A DNA stretch of 64,000 bases from Longimicrobiales bacterium (GTDB taxonomy: Bacteria > Gemmatimonadota > Gemmatimonadetes > Longimicrobiales > Gaopeijiaceae): positions 896,001 through 960,000 of the forward strand of contig OZ241869.1 in the NCBI GenBank assembly GCA_965202805.1, written 5' to 3'. Of the stretch, positions 37,273-46,221 are shown in pieces. Under the pieces are notes generated by a model. It was not told where the DNA came from. It saw only the letters and a list, made by a program, of their open reading frames with translations, and did not search any database. The stretch's first letter is position 1. Every line of letters begins with the position of its first letter. The translations under genes and the position numbers were made by a program.

Positions 37273-38916
37273 TCAGCCCCGGAACGACCCGACGCCCGCG
37301 ATGTGCGCGGCACGGGATCCGTCAGGGGCCAGCCGGACGGAGAAACGATCGTGAAGCGCGTGCAGGAATTCGCGTCCGTAGCGCATCAGGTAGTAACAGG
37401 CATTCAGCGATCGTTCCTGCGGGCCTCCCAGGGGATACAGGTGCACCTGAGCCTTCTCGAGCTGGCGGAGCCTGGTCTGCTTCTCCCGCTTCAGGCTGTG
37501 GATGATCTTCCTCTGCATCTGCTCGATCGCATCGAAGGCGACGGTGCGCACGTGCTTCGCGGGACCCTTCAGGGTGGGATCCAGCGTGGCGGCCGCGCGA
37601 CTCAACTCTTCCACGCCCCTGCCGATACCCCCGCGCAAGTCCGCAAGTGCCTGGCGGACGCTGTCCGGGACATCCTCCTGCACCACACGTCCGGCGAGTT
37701 CACCGAAGGGTCGGGCGAGGTCCTGGAGGGACAGGTCCAGCTTGTCGAGCACCTTGCGAATCTTGGGTTCGATCACCGTAACCGAGAACCGGGGATGCAC
37801 CACCGGCATCCGGATCCCGCAGAGCTCGAACAGATCCCGGAGCTGTGCGAAATAGGCGATCTCTCCCGGTCCGGCGACGTAGGACAGCACCGGGAAGACC
37901 GCGCCCTCGACCACGGGGCGAAGCAGGACGTTGGGGCTCAGCACCCGCGGGTCGGCATCCGATTCGGCGAGGATCCGGCGGCGGGTCAGGAGTTCGCCCG
38001 AGTGCCTGAGCCGGAAGTCGCTCCCGCTGCGGTAGACGCGCTCCCGTCCCGAGCCTCCCTCGAAGAAGAGATTGACGCCGCCGGCGAGAATGGGGACCTG
38101 TACGTGATACCCGGCTTCCCGCAGCTGCTCCGCGGTTCTGCCCAGCAGCGCCTCCTGCTCGACCGCACCGTCCAGCACCGCGGTGAACTGCGTCCGCGAG
38201 GCACGCTTGAGCGGGAGCGAAGAGGCGTCGACGAATGCCATCCCCAGCGGCCCCAGCCAATCGGCGAGCACCTGGGTGAAGGCCTCGCCCAGCGAGTTCC
38301 CGGGCGCGTACGCGGACCGCAGGCCCCGTGCGCACGCCGGCTTGAAGTCGTTGTCCGGAAAAAAGGAAAGAAACTCGTCCAGCACCGGGATGATGGCTTC
38401 GTCCATGGCCACCCGGTGTACCGGGCGGTCTCCACCCTCCGGAGCGTTGTCGAGTTCAACGTGCTGCAGCTCGTTGGCGACGCTGACGGTGTAGGTGTGG
38501 TCCACCTCCCTCCAGTCGTGATCTTCGGACGCCACCCAGAAGAGGGGAATCACCGGCTTTCCAAGCAGTTCCTCCAGGGCGTCCGCCAGCCGAACCGCGG
38601 TGAGCGCCTTGTAGACGCTGTACAGCGGCCCGGTGAAGAGGCCGGGCTGCTGGCCGGTGGTCACGAAGAATCCGTCCTCCTCGACCAGGCGGTCCAGCCG
38701 CGCCCGCACCGCCGGCGTGGGGGCTTGGACGCACTCCACGGCGCGGGCGCGGGCGGCGCGGTCGAAGCGCGCTGTCACCGCCTCCGCCGCGGCCGCGTAG
38801 CTGGCCGCGAGCGTGGGGTCGCCCTGGAAGAAGGCAAGGGCGGAGGGGCGCCGGGCCAGATAGTCGGCCACCAGGCGGGAGCCGGAGGGGTGGCCGACGA
38901 GCAGCTCCAGGTTCAC
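37273..38916 (-). CDS. bshC: Bacillithiol biosynthesis cysteine-adding enzyme BshC
   Basis: TTGQQPGLFTGPLY, SEDHD, SPNVLLRP, YVAGPGEIAY, PQER. Confidence 0.92.
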   Translation of the reverse strand: MNLELLVGHPSGSRLVADYLARRPSALAFFQGDPTLAASYAAAAEAVTARFDRAARARAVECVQAPTPAVRARLDRLVEEDGFFVTTGQQPGLFTGPLYSVYKALTAVRLADALEELLGKPVIPLFWVASEDHDWREVDHTYTVSVANELQHVELDNAPEGGDRPVHRVAMDEAIIPVLDEFLSFFPDNDFKPACARGLRSAYAPGNSLGEAFTQVLADWLGPLGMAFVDASSLPLKRASRTQFTAVLDGAVEQEALLGRTAEQLREAGYHVQVPILAGGVNLFFEGGSGRERVYRSGSDFRLRHSGELLTRRRILAESDADPRVLSPNVLLRPVVEGAVFPVLSYVAGPGEIAYFAQLRDLFELCGIRMPVVHPRFSVTVIEPKIRKVLDKLDLSLQDLARPFGELAGRVVQEDVPDSVRQALADLRGGIGRGVEELSRAAATLDPTLKGPAKHVRTVAFDAIEQMQRKIIHSLKREKQTRLRQLEKAQVHLYPLGGPQERSLNACYYLMRYGREFLHALHDRFSVRLAPDGSRAAHIAGVGSFRG

Positions 38917-40064
38917 CGGGCGATACCTCCGGCCAGGCCGGGCGGGGAATGCCCGCGGCGGGCACCGGGTTCACGCGTGGCGGAGTTGCCGCCGTCTCCG
39001 GGGCGATCGGCAACCGGCCGCCCACCCGGCGACGCCGTTCGCGGCTTCATCATGCCGGCTATCCCCGGCAGCTCGCCGAGTGCGTCTTCCAGCCACCGCC
39101 CGCCTCTCTCGACCACGACCTTCAGGTGCAGGACGCGCACGTCCACCCCGTGCTCGCCCAGCTGCTGCAGCTTTACCGCATCCTTGGCGGTGGTCACTAC
39201 CTGGCGCCCGCGCGCTCGGCGCCCGATGGCGGCGATGTCCGCCGCCGAGTAGTGGTGGTGGTCACTGAAGATCATCGACTCCATGTCCATCCCGGGGATC
39301 TGCCGCTGCAGCAAGCCGTGAAACTCCCACGGGCGGGCAATGCCTGACAAGAGCAGCGCCGAGCCCGTCGGGGCGGACGCGGGCGTACCCGCGAGATCGC
39401 TCCATTGCGAGAACTCCAGGCTCACAAGGGCACAGCACAGTCCGTGGGCCGCCTCGAGCGCCCGGGCTCGACGACGGGCTGCGCGAAAACTAGCGATTCG
39501 GCGCGTTACGATCACACCCCCGGCGCGCGACAGGGCGCTCTCGGGCTCGCGGTATGGGCCCCGGGGCAGGAGTCGCACCGGAGTCGGGTGCTCCGCCGCC
39601 ACCAGCACCAGGTCCAGGTCGCGCGCCAGGGCCCGGTGCTGGAAGCCATCGTCCAGGATCACCACCTGCGCGCCGCCCTCAACGACGGCGGCCGCCGCGC
39701 GCACCCGATGGCCGTCGGCGGCGACCGGCGCCCCGGGATTCCATTGCCGGTGCAGCAACACCTCGTCGAGACCGTAGCCGTTGGTCACGATGCCGGGCGT
39801 CACGCCCCGGCCCAGGAACCAGGCGGCGAACCAGGCGGCCATGGGTGTCTTGCCGCTCCCCCCCACCGCCAGGTTTCCGACCGACACCACCGGCACCTCA
39901 ACCGACCGGATCGGCAACCGTCCGGTGTCGTATCGGCGGTTGCGGACCGCGGCCCCCACGGCGAATGCGGTCTCCAGCGGCGCCAGGGCCAGCCCGGCCC
40001 CGGCCGCCGCCCGCGTAGACGCCCCCCACACCCACCCCAGTCCCGCTTCGACGGCCCGCCTCAT
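38913..40064 (-). CDS. lpxK: Tetraacyldisaccharide 4'-kinase
   Basis: SVGNLAVGGSGKTP, LDDGFQH, LLPRGPYRE, TTAKDAVK. Confidence 0.93.
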   Translation of the reverse strand: MRRAVEAGLGWVWGASTRAAAGAGLALAPLETAFAVGAAVRNRRYDTGRLPIRSVEVPVVSVGNLAVGGSGKTPMAAWFAAWFLGRGVTPGIVTNGYGLDEVLLHRQWNPGAPVAADGHRVRAAAAVVEGGAQVVILDDGFQHRALARDLDLVLVAAEHPTPVRLLPRGPYREPESALSRAGGVIVTRRIASFRAARRRARALEAAHGLCCALVSLEFSQWSDLAGTPASAPTGSALLLSGIARPWEFHGLLQRQIPGMDMESMIFSDHHHYSAADIAAIGRRARGRQVVTTAKDAVKLQQLGEHGVDVRVLHLKVVVERGGRWLEDALGELPGIAGMMKPRTASPGGRPVADRPGDGGNSATREPGARRGHSPPGLAGGIAR

Positions 40065-41203
40065 CCCGAAACCGCCTCCGGCGCCGGGAACAACAGGGAT
40101 TCCGCGATCCCGGCCACCCGCCGCGCCGCGCCCACCGAACCGAGCGCGCGACGGACTTCGTCCAGACCCGCAATCACGGCGCGTCGTTCGGCCGTGTCGT
40201 CAAGGAGCGGAAGCAGCGCGCGTTCGAGCCGCGCCGGGGTCGCCTCGTGCTGGATCAGCTCGGGCACCACCCGCCGGCCGGCGATGAGGTTGGCCATGGC
40301 GATGTGGTCCACGCGCACCAGGCGGCGTGCCAGGGCGTACGTGAGCGGGTGCGTCCGGTATGCGGTGGCGAAGGGCACGCCCGCGAGCGCGGCCTCCACG
40401 GTGGAAGTGCCCGACTTGACCAGCGCCGTGCGCGCATGGCGGAGCAGGCTCCGGCCGTCGTCGACCACGGTGGCGGCGACCCCGTCGAAGGCGCGGGGCG
40501 GCAGACCCGGCGCGCGCGCCACCGCGACCTGCAGCCCGGGGCGCGCGCGCTGCAGACGGCGGGCGGCGGACAGGAACACCTCCAGGTGGCGATCGAGTTC
40601 CTGACGCCTGGATCCGGGAAACAGCGCCAGCAGCGGCCGCGTGGCATCCAGGCCGTGTGCCCGGCAGTAGTCGACACGGGCCGGCACCTCCTGCTTCAGC
40701 TCGAGCAGCGGATGCCCCACGAACGTCGCGCGCGCGCCGGCCTTGCGCAGGAACCCGACCTCGAAGGGCAGAATCACGGCGACGTGATCGGTGTCGCGGG
40801 CCAGTCGCCGGGCGCGTGCGGGCCGCCACGCCCAGACCTGGGGAGCGATGTAATACAAGACCCGGATCCCGGCCGCGCGGGCGTACTTCGCGACACGCAG
40901 GTTGAATCCCGGGTAGTCGATCGGGATCACCAGGTCCACGCCGTGGCGGTGCATGGCGTCGCGCACCCGGCGCATGAGCCGGCGGAAGAAGTCGAGGTGC
41001 CGCGCGACTTCCGCGAAGCCCATGACCGCGAGCCGGTCGAGCCCCGCCATGCACTCGACCCCCTCGGCCGCCATGCGCTCGCCCCCCAGCCCGAGCAGCC
41101 GCGCGGACGGCCACTTCTCGAGCAGCGAGCGGGCGAGGGCGGCGCCGTGGAGGTCACCGGAGGGCTCCCCGGCGAGCATGAGGATCACCGGGTCGCGCGC
41201 CAT
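40061..41203 (-). CDS. lpxB: Lipid-A-disaccharide synthase
   Basis: AGEPSGDLHG, IDYPGFN, PQVWAWR, FVGHPL, PGSR, KSGT. Confidence 0.96.
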   Translation of the reverse strand: MARDPVILMLAGEPSGDLHGAALARSLLEKWPSARLLGLGGERMAAEGVECMAGLDRLAVMGFAEVARHLDFFRRLMRRVRDAMHRHGVDLVIPIDYPGFNLRVAKYARAAGIRVLYYIAPQVWAWRPARARRLARDTDHVAVILPFEVGFLRKAGARATFVGHPLLELKQEVPARVDYCRAHGLDATRPLLALFPGSRRQELDRHLEVFLSAARRLQRARPGLQVAVARAPGLPPRAFDGVAATVVDDGRSLLRHARTALVKSGTSTVEAALAGVPFATAYRTHPLTYALARRLVRVDHIAMANLIAGRRVVPELIQHEATPARLERALLPLLDDTAERRAVIAGLDEVRRALGSVGAARRVAGIAESLLFPAPEAVSG

Positions 41204-41206
41204 CGG

Positions 41207-41341
41207 TCAGAACCGGAACCCCAGATACCAGATGACCAACAGCACCGCCACCAGCAGGGCGATGAGCCTGGTCGGGGGCTTGCCCCGCTTGGCGTCGATC
41301 CAGTCCTTCTTGCGGTTACGCCGTACGCGAATGAGCGACAT
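41207..41341 (-). CDS. 44-aa small membrane protein
   Basis: Basic N-terminus plus one C-terminal TM; GAGGA upstream; fills the gap before lpxB. Confidence 0.55.
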   Translation of the reverse strand: MSLIRVRRNRKKDWIDAKRGKPPTRLIALLVAVLLVIWYLGFRF

Positions 41342-42353
41342 GGTCCAGAATCCTCTTCTCGATGCACAGGGTGATCTCCAGCGCCGCCCGGCCTTCATCA
41401 CCCGAGACGACCGGATCGGAGCGCCCGAGCGCCGCATCCCGGAACCCTTCGAGCTGGACGCGCAACGGTTCCTCCGGGCAACCCTCGAAGGGAATCCGCT
41501 CGACGATGTCCTCCAGCCCCGGAGGCTGTCCCGGGTCGGGTCCCCCCTTCCCCTCCTCCAGCCTGGCTTCCCGGGCGTCTTCAAGCAAGGCGGGCAGATC
41601 TCGCCGGAGGCGCAGGAACTCACCTCTCCCGCGCCCCAGATCGACGCGCAGGTATCCCGAACGCTGGAAGACGCGCAGCATGCGCCGCCCCTCGCTCGAC
41701 ACCCGGCTCGCGGTCAGGTTGGCCACGGCGCCGTTCCGGAAGGTGAGGCGCGCGTTGGCGATGTCCACCGAGGGCGTCAGCACCGGGATCCCCGCGGCGG
41801 CGATTTCGGCCAGCGGCGCCTTCACCAGCATCCGCACCAGGTCGACGTCGTGAATCATCAGGTCGAGCACCACGGCCACATCCGTGCCCCGGGGGCGAAA
41901 GGGCGCCAGGCGCTGCGATTCGATGAAGAGCGGAGCGTCGATGTACGGGGCAGCGGCCCGGAGCGCGCCGTTGAACCGCTCCACATGCCCCGTCTGCACC
42001 ACGATGCCCGCCTCGGCGGCCGCGGCCAGGATGCGATCCGCGGCTTCGAGCGAGGGTGCGATGGGCTTCTCGATCAGAACGTGAACACCGTGTTCGGCCG
42101 CCGCGAGCGCCACCCTTTCGTGGGACGAAGTGGGCACCGCCACCACCAGGGCATCGACATCCGACAGCAGCTCCCGCAGACTGCCGGCCGGCTCAAGCCC
42201 GAGTTCCCGTGATACGAGGGCTGCGCGGCGTGCGTCCACATCGAAGAAACCCGCCATCCCGACTTCCGGAAGATCGCGCAGAATCCTGGCGTGATGAAAG
42301 CCCAGGCTCCCGACGCCGGCCACCCCCATGCGGATCGGCGCGGGCGGACTCAT
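41316..42353 (-). CDS. Gfo/Idh/MocA oxidoreductase, GnnA-like
   Basis: GVGSLG, IEKP, GHVERFN, DLMIHDVD; lies between lpxA and lpxB. Confidence 0.85.
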   Translation of the reverse strand: MSPPAPIRMGVAGVGSLGFHHARILRDLPEVGMAGFFDVDARRAALVSRELGLEPAGSLRELLSDVDALVVAVPTSSHERVALAAAEHGVHVLIEKPIAPSLEAADRILAAAAEAGIVVQTGHVERFNGALRAAAPYIDAPLFIESQRLAPFRPRGTDVAVVLDLMIHDVDLVRMLVKAPLAEIAAAGIPVLTPSVDIANARLTFRNGAVANLTASRVSSEGRRMLRVFQRSGYLRVDLGRGRGEFLRLRRDLPALLEDAREARLEEGKGGPDPGQPPGLEDIVERIPFEGCPEEPLRVQLEGFRDAALGRSDPVVSGDEGRAALEITLCIEKRILDHVAHSRTA

Positions 42354-43162
42354 CCGAGGGTGATGCCGCGTTCGCTCTTGCTGATGAAGTCGAGAAAGTG
42401 GCGAACTTCCGGAATCTGCTCGACGTCGGCCTGGACGCGGGCCCTGGCCTGGGACACGTTCAGCCCGGACTGGAAGAGGATGCGGTACGTCTGCCTGAGA
42501 TGCCTGCGGGTAGCCGCCGGAAAGCCGCGCCTCTCCAATCCGACAGCATTCAGTCCGAAGAGCCTGGGACGGCCGCCTCCGGCCCGGCAGTAGGGCGGAA
42601 TGTCCTTCGAGACGCGTCCGCCACCGCCCACGAAGGCATGGGCGCCGATGCGCACGTACTGGTGGATCCCCACGAGGCCCCCGATGATGACCCAGTCCTG
42701 AATGGTCACGTGGCCGGCCATGTTGACAGCATTGGACAGCACCACATGGTTGCCCAGCCGGCAGTCGTGGGCCACGTGGACATAGGCCATGAGGAGACAG
42801 TCGCTGCCCACCACCGTGCGCCCGGACGCGGCCGAGCCCCGATTGAGGGTCGCGTATTCCCGGACGACGGTGCGGTCGCCGACGACCAGCTCGGAACGCT
42901 CGCCCTTGTACTTCAGGTCCTGCGGATCGGTGCCGAGCACCGCGCCCTGACCGATGCGGCAACCCTCGCCCAGGGAGGTGTCCCGTTCGATCAGGACGTG
43001 CGGGCCGATCCGGGTTCTCGCTCCCACGCGCACGCCCGGCCCAAGGATCGAATAGGGCCCTACGACCACGTCCGCGCCGAGCACGGCTCCGTCGTCCACG
43101 ATCGCCGTCGGGTGGATGTCGGGCTGAGCGGCCCGCGAAGGATCCAGCAGCGAATCATCCAT
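42350..43162 (-). CDS. lpxA: Acyl-ACP--UDP-GlcNAc acyltransferase LpxA
   Basis: IHPTAIV hexapeptides, PQDLKY, MAYVHVAHDC, GLNAVGLERRG. Confidence 0.96.
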   Translation of the reverse strand: MDDSLLDPSRAAQPDIHPTAIVDDGAVLGADVVVGPYSILGPGVRVGARTRIGPHVLIERDTSLGEGCRIGQGAVLGTDPQDLKYKGERSELVVGDRTVVREYATLNRGSAASGRTVVGSDCLLMAYVHVAHDCRLGNHVVLSNAVNMAGHVTIQDWVIIGGLVGIHQYVRIGAHAFVGGGGRVSKDIPPYCRAGGGRPRLFGLNAVGLERRGFPAATRRHLRQTYRILFQSGLNVSQARARVQADVEQIPEVRHFLDFISKSERGITLG

Positions 43163-44446
43163 TCAGTCGACGACCCTCGCCATGAATTCGGCCTCCGCGG
43201 CCAGCACTCCGTCCACGTATCCCTTGCCTCTCATCTTGCAGGTTCCGCGCCGGAAGCGCAGAAGCTCCACCTCGCACACCAGCTGGTCGCCGGGCACCAC
43301 CGGCCGCCGGAAGCGCGCCTTCTGTATCGACATCAGATAGACCTGCTTGTCGCGCGGGTTGCCCACGGAATCGATGAGCAGCAGCCCGCCGATCTGGGCC
43401 ATCGCCTCCACGATGAGCACGCCGGGCATGATGGCCCGCCCCGGGAAATGTCCCTGGAAGAAGGGCTCGTTGATGGTGACGTTCTTGATGCCGGTGATGT
43501 GGCGCCCGCCTTCGACGCTCGCGATCCGGTCCACGAGCAGCATCGGATAGCGGTGCGGCAAGTAGCTCCGAATGCGCTCGACGTCGAACGCCGGCGGGGC
43601 GGGCGCGCCGTTCAGCCGCTGCTCGACCAGCCGGCCGAGCTCGATGTTCCCGCTGTGACTCGGTCGCTCCGCCACCAGATGGCCCCGCAGCCGGCTGCCC
43701 AGCAGCGTCAGGTCGCCCAGCACGTCACCGATCTTGTGACGCAGGAACTCGTCGGGGAACCGCAGTCCGTCGTTGGCCACGCCTTCGTCGTCCAGAACGA
43801 CCGTGTTGTCCAGCGATGCCCCCCGGGCGAAGCCGCGCGCATGCAGTTCCTCCGCGTCGGCGAGGAAACCGAAGGTGCGCGCCGGAGCGATGTCGGCCCT
43901 GAAACCGGGGCCGAGGCCATCGAATGATCCGGTCTGGCGCCCGATCGCGGGGTGTTCGAAGTCGATGGTCGCGGTGATGCGCAGTCCCGTGCCGGGCGCA
44001 AGGATGTACGATTCGCCGCCGGCAGCGCGCAGCACCACCGGCTCATCGGGCTCGACCACCCTCGCCGGCGCGTTCTGCTCCACCACTCCCGCCGCATCCA
44101 GGGCATCCAGAAAATCCAGGAAGCTCCCGTCCCGGATGGGAATCTCGGGTCCGGAGACGTCCACGCGCACATTGGAGATCGCGCTGGCGCCCAGCGCCGC
44201 CATGAGGTGCTCGACGGTGAGGATGCGGGCCTCCCCCCGACCGATGCTCGTGCCGAACTCGGTGCCCACGACGTGATCCAGGGTCGCGGGAATCTCGGGC
44301 CTGCCGGGCAGATCGATCCGCCGGAAGACGATGCCGGAGCCGGGCTCGGCCGGATGGAAGGTCACGGCCGCGGGCTCCCCCAGATGAATGCCGATGCCTT
44401 CGAGGCTCACCTCCCGGCCGATCGTACGCTGGCGGCTCCCCTTCAT
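43163..44446 (-). CDS. lpxC-fabZ: Bifunctional LpxC deacetylase / FabZ dehydratase
   Basis: [19 protein letters not shown] (LpxC); [29 protein letters not shown] (FabZ). AGGAG before ATG at 44446. Confidence 0.95.
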   Translation of the reverse strand: MKGSRQRTIGREVSLEGIGIHLGEPAAVTFHPAEPGSGIVFRRIDLPGRPEIPATLDHVVGTEFGTSIGRGEARILTVEHLMAALGASAISNVRVDVSGPEIPIRDGSFLDFLDALDAAGVVEQNAPARVVEPDEPVVLRAAGGESYILAPGTGLRITATIDFEHPAIGRQTGSFDGLGPGFRADIAPARTFGFLADAEELHARGFARGASLDNTVVLDDEGVANDGLRFPDEFLRHKIGDVLGDLTLLGSRLRGHLVAERPSHSGNIELGRLVEQRLNGAPAPPAFDVERIRSYLPHRYPMLLVDRIASVEGGRHITGIKNVTINEPFFQGHFPGRAIMPGVLIVEAMAQIGGLLLIDSVGNPRDKQVYLMSIQKARFRRPVVPGDQLVCEVELLRFRRGTCKMRGKGYVDGVLAAEAEFMARVVD

Positions 44447-44465
44447 GGGCACTCCTTTTCCCAGA

Positions 44466-45503
44466 TCATGATTCGTCCTTCCCCTCCAGCGCCGACAGCC
44501 GTCCTTCCAGTTCCTTCACCCGCTCCCGCAGCGCCGGAAGCTTCCGCAGCGCGGCCATCGATTTCCAGTATTCCGCCCGCGGGCGCCCGGGGAACCCGAC
44601 CACGCTGGTCCCCGCGGGGACATCCTTGATCACTCCGGTCTGCACGGCCACGCGCGCCCCGTCCCCGATCTCGAGGTGCCCGGTTGCGCCCGACTGCCCG
44701 GCCATCACCACGCCCCTGCCGAGCGTCGTGGAACCGGAGATGCCCACCTGGGCGATGAGGAGGGAGTGCTCACCCACGGCTACGTTGTGGGCGACATGGA
44801 CCAGGTTGTCGGTCTTGGTCCCGGCGCCGATCACGGTGTCCCCGATGGATCCCCGGTCGACGCAGCAATGGGCGCCCATCTCCACGTCGTCGCCGATGAG
44901 GCAGCCACCTGCCTGGCGGATCTTCTCGTGGCGTCCCTCGTGCATGACGTAGCCGTATCCGTCGGAGCCCACGACGGTCCCGGCATGCAGGACGACGCGC
45001 CGGCCCAGCCGGGTTCCCGGATACAGCACGACCTGCGGGTGCAGACGCGAGTCCGCGCCGATGCGGCATCCCGCGCCCACCGACACGTGGGCGCCGATGC
45101 GCACCCGGTCACCGACCTCGACGTCCTCCTCCAGCACCGCAAAGGCGTCGATGCGCACGTCCCGGCCGAGTCGCGCGCCCTTCCCGAGAACGGCCGTGGG
45201 ATGGATTCCCGGAGGTGCGTTCTCCGGGGGATGGAGCTCATCGAGCAGCTGCGCCAGGGCGAGACGCGGCCGCCCCGTGATCAACAGGTTGGGCACCCGG
45301 CCGCGGACGGTAGCGGAGAGGTCCTCGGACACCAGCACGGCCTCGGCCGAAGATGCGTCCAGATGCCTGAGATAGCGCCGGTCGGCGAGGAAGCCGAGCC
45401 TGCCGCGTCCGGCTTGAACCAGCGGCACGACGCGATCGAAGGCCCAGCCGGACTGCCCTTCCAGGCGCGCGCCGGTGAGAGCGGCGGCTCCTGCAAGGTC
45501 CAT
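44466..45503 (-). CDS. lpxD: UDP-3-O-acylglucosamine N-acyltransferase
   Basis: Hexapeptide repeats, GSDGYGY, KTDNLVHVAHNV. Confidence 0.95.
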   Translation of the reverse strand: MDLAGAAALTGARLEGQSGWAFDRVVPLVQAGRGRLGFLADRRYLRHLDASSAEAVLVSEDLSATVRGRVPNLLITGRPRLALAQLLDELHPPENAPPGIHPTAVLGKGARLGRDVRIDAFAVLEEDVEVGDRVRIGAHVSVGAGCRIGADSRLHPQVVLYPGTRLGRRVVLHAGTVVGSDGYGYVMHEGRHEKIRQAGGCLIGDDVEMGAHCCVDRGSIGDTVIGAGTKTDNLVHVAHNVAVGEHSLLIAQVGISGSTTLGRGVVMAGQSGATGHLEIGDGARVAVQTGVIKDVPAGTSVVGFPGRPRAEYWKSMAALRKLPALRERVKELEGRLSALEGKDES

Positions 45504-45559
45504 GGTCGTCTCCTATCCTGCTTCTCGTGTGGCGGGTCCCGACGTTCTGGAGGGCGGGC

Positions 45560-46093
45560 TCAACGGTTGCCGGGCGGCGGACTCTGCATGAGCCGGTCGA
45601 TGACCTGCTGGGTCAGGTTGAGCTCGGGGTCCGCTGAGACGATCGCCTGGGCGGACAGATCGAAGACGATGGCGTATCCCCCCTCGGTCCGGATCTCATC
45701 GATCGCCGCCGTGACCTGGTCCATGATGGGCTGCACCAGCTCCGCCTGCCGTCTTCCGGCCTCGCCCTCCAGCTCCGCGGCGCGCTGGTTGTACTCCTCC
45801 TGCTTCGCCTGGATGCTCTGGGTCTGCGTCTCCCGCGCCTGCGGGGAAAGCGTGAGCTGCTGCTGTTCGAACTGCTGGATCATGCCCTGCAGCTCTTCCC
45901 CGATCCGGTCCAGCTCCGCCCGGTAGCGGGCCATGTCGCGCTCGAACTGGTCCTGTGCCTCGGTAGCCCCCGGGGCCTGCGCCAGAATCGCCTGCGAATC
46001 GATGTACCCCAGTCTCAGCGGTCCCTGGGCGGCCGCGTTATCGGCCGCCATGAAGAAAGAGCCAACCGCGAGAACAACTGCTAATGCACGCAT
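45560..46093 (-). CDS. skp: OmpH/Skp periplasmic chaperone
   Basis: Signal peptide, LGYIDSQ, coiled coils, NLTQQVI; downstream of bamA. Confidence 0.9.
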   Translation of the reverse strand: MRALAVVLAVGSFFMAADNAAAQGPLRLGYIDSQAILAQAPGATEAQDQFERDMARYRAELDRIGEELQGMIQQFEQQQLTLSPQARETQTQSIQAKQEEYNQRAAELEGEAGRRQAELVQPIMDQVTAAIDEIRTEGGYAIVFDLSAQAIVSADPELNLTQQVIDRLMQSPPPGNR

Positions 46094-46221
46094 ATTCCGA
46101 GCCTCCCCGAACGCGCGGTCATGATGGAATCGTTTCCTGTTCCCTGAAACCCACAGCCTGAAAGGATGCCTGCAAGAGCCGCGCGACCGCAAGTCCGCGT
46201 GGTACGACGGAGGCTTCCCGA

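Noticed and set aside
46150..46200. Sigma-54 promoter upstream of skp
   Set aside because: TTGCA is present but the required -24 GG is missing; no convincing -24/-12 site found in the intergenic regions I inspected.
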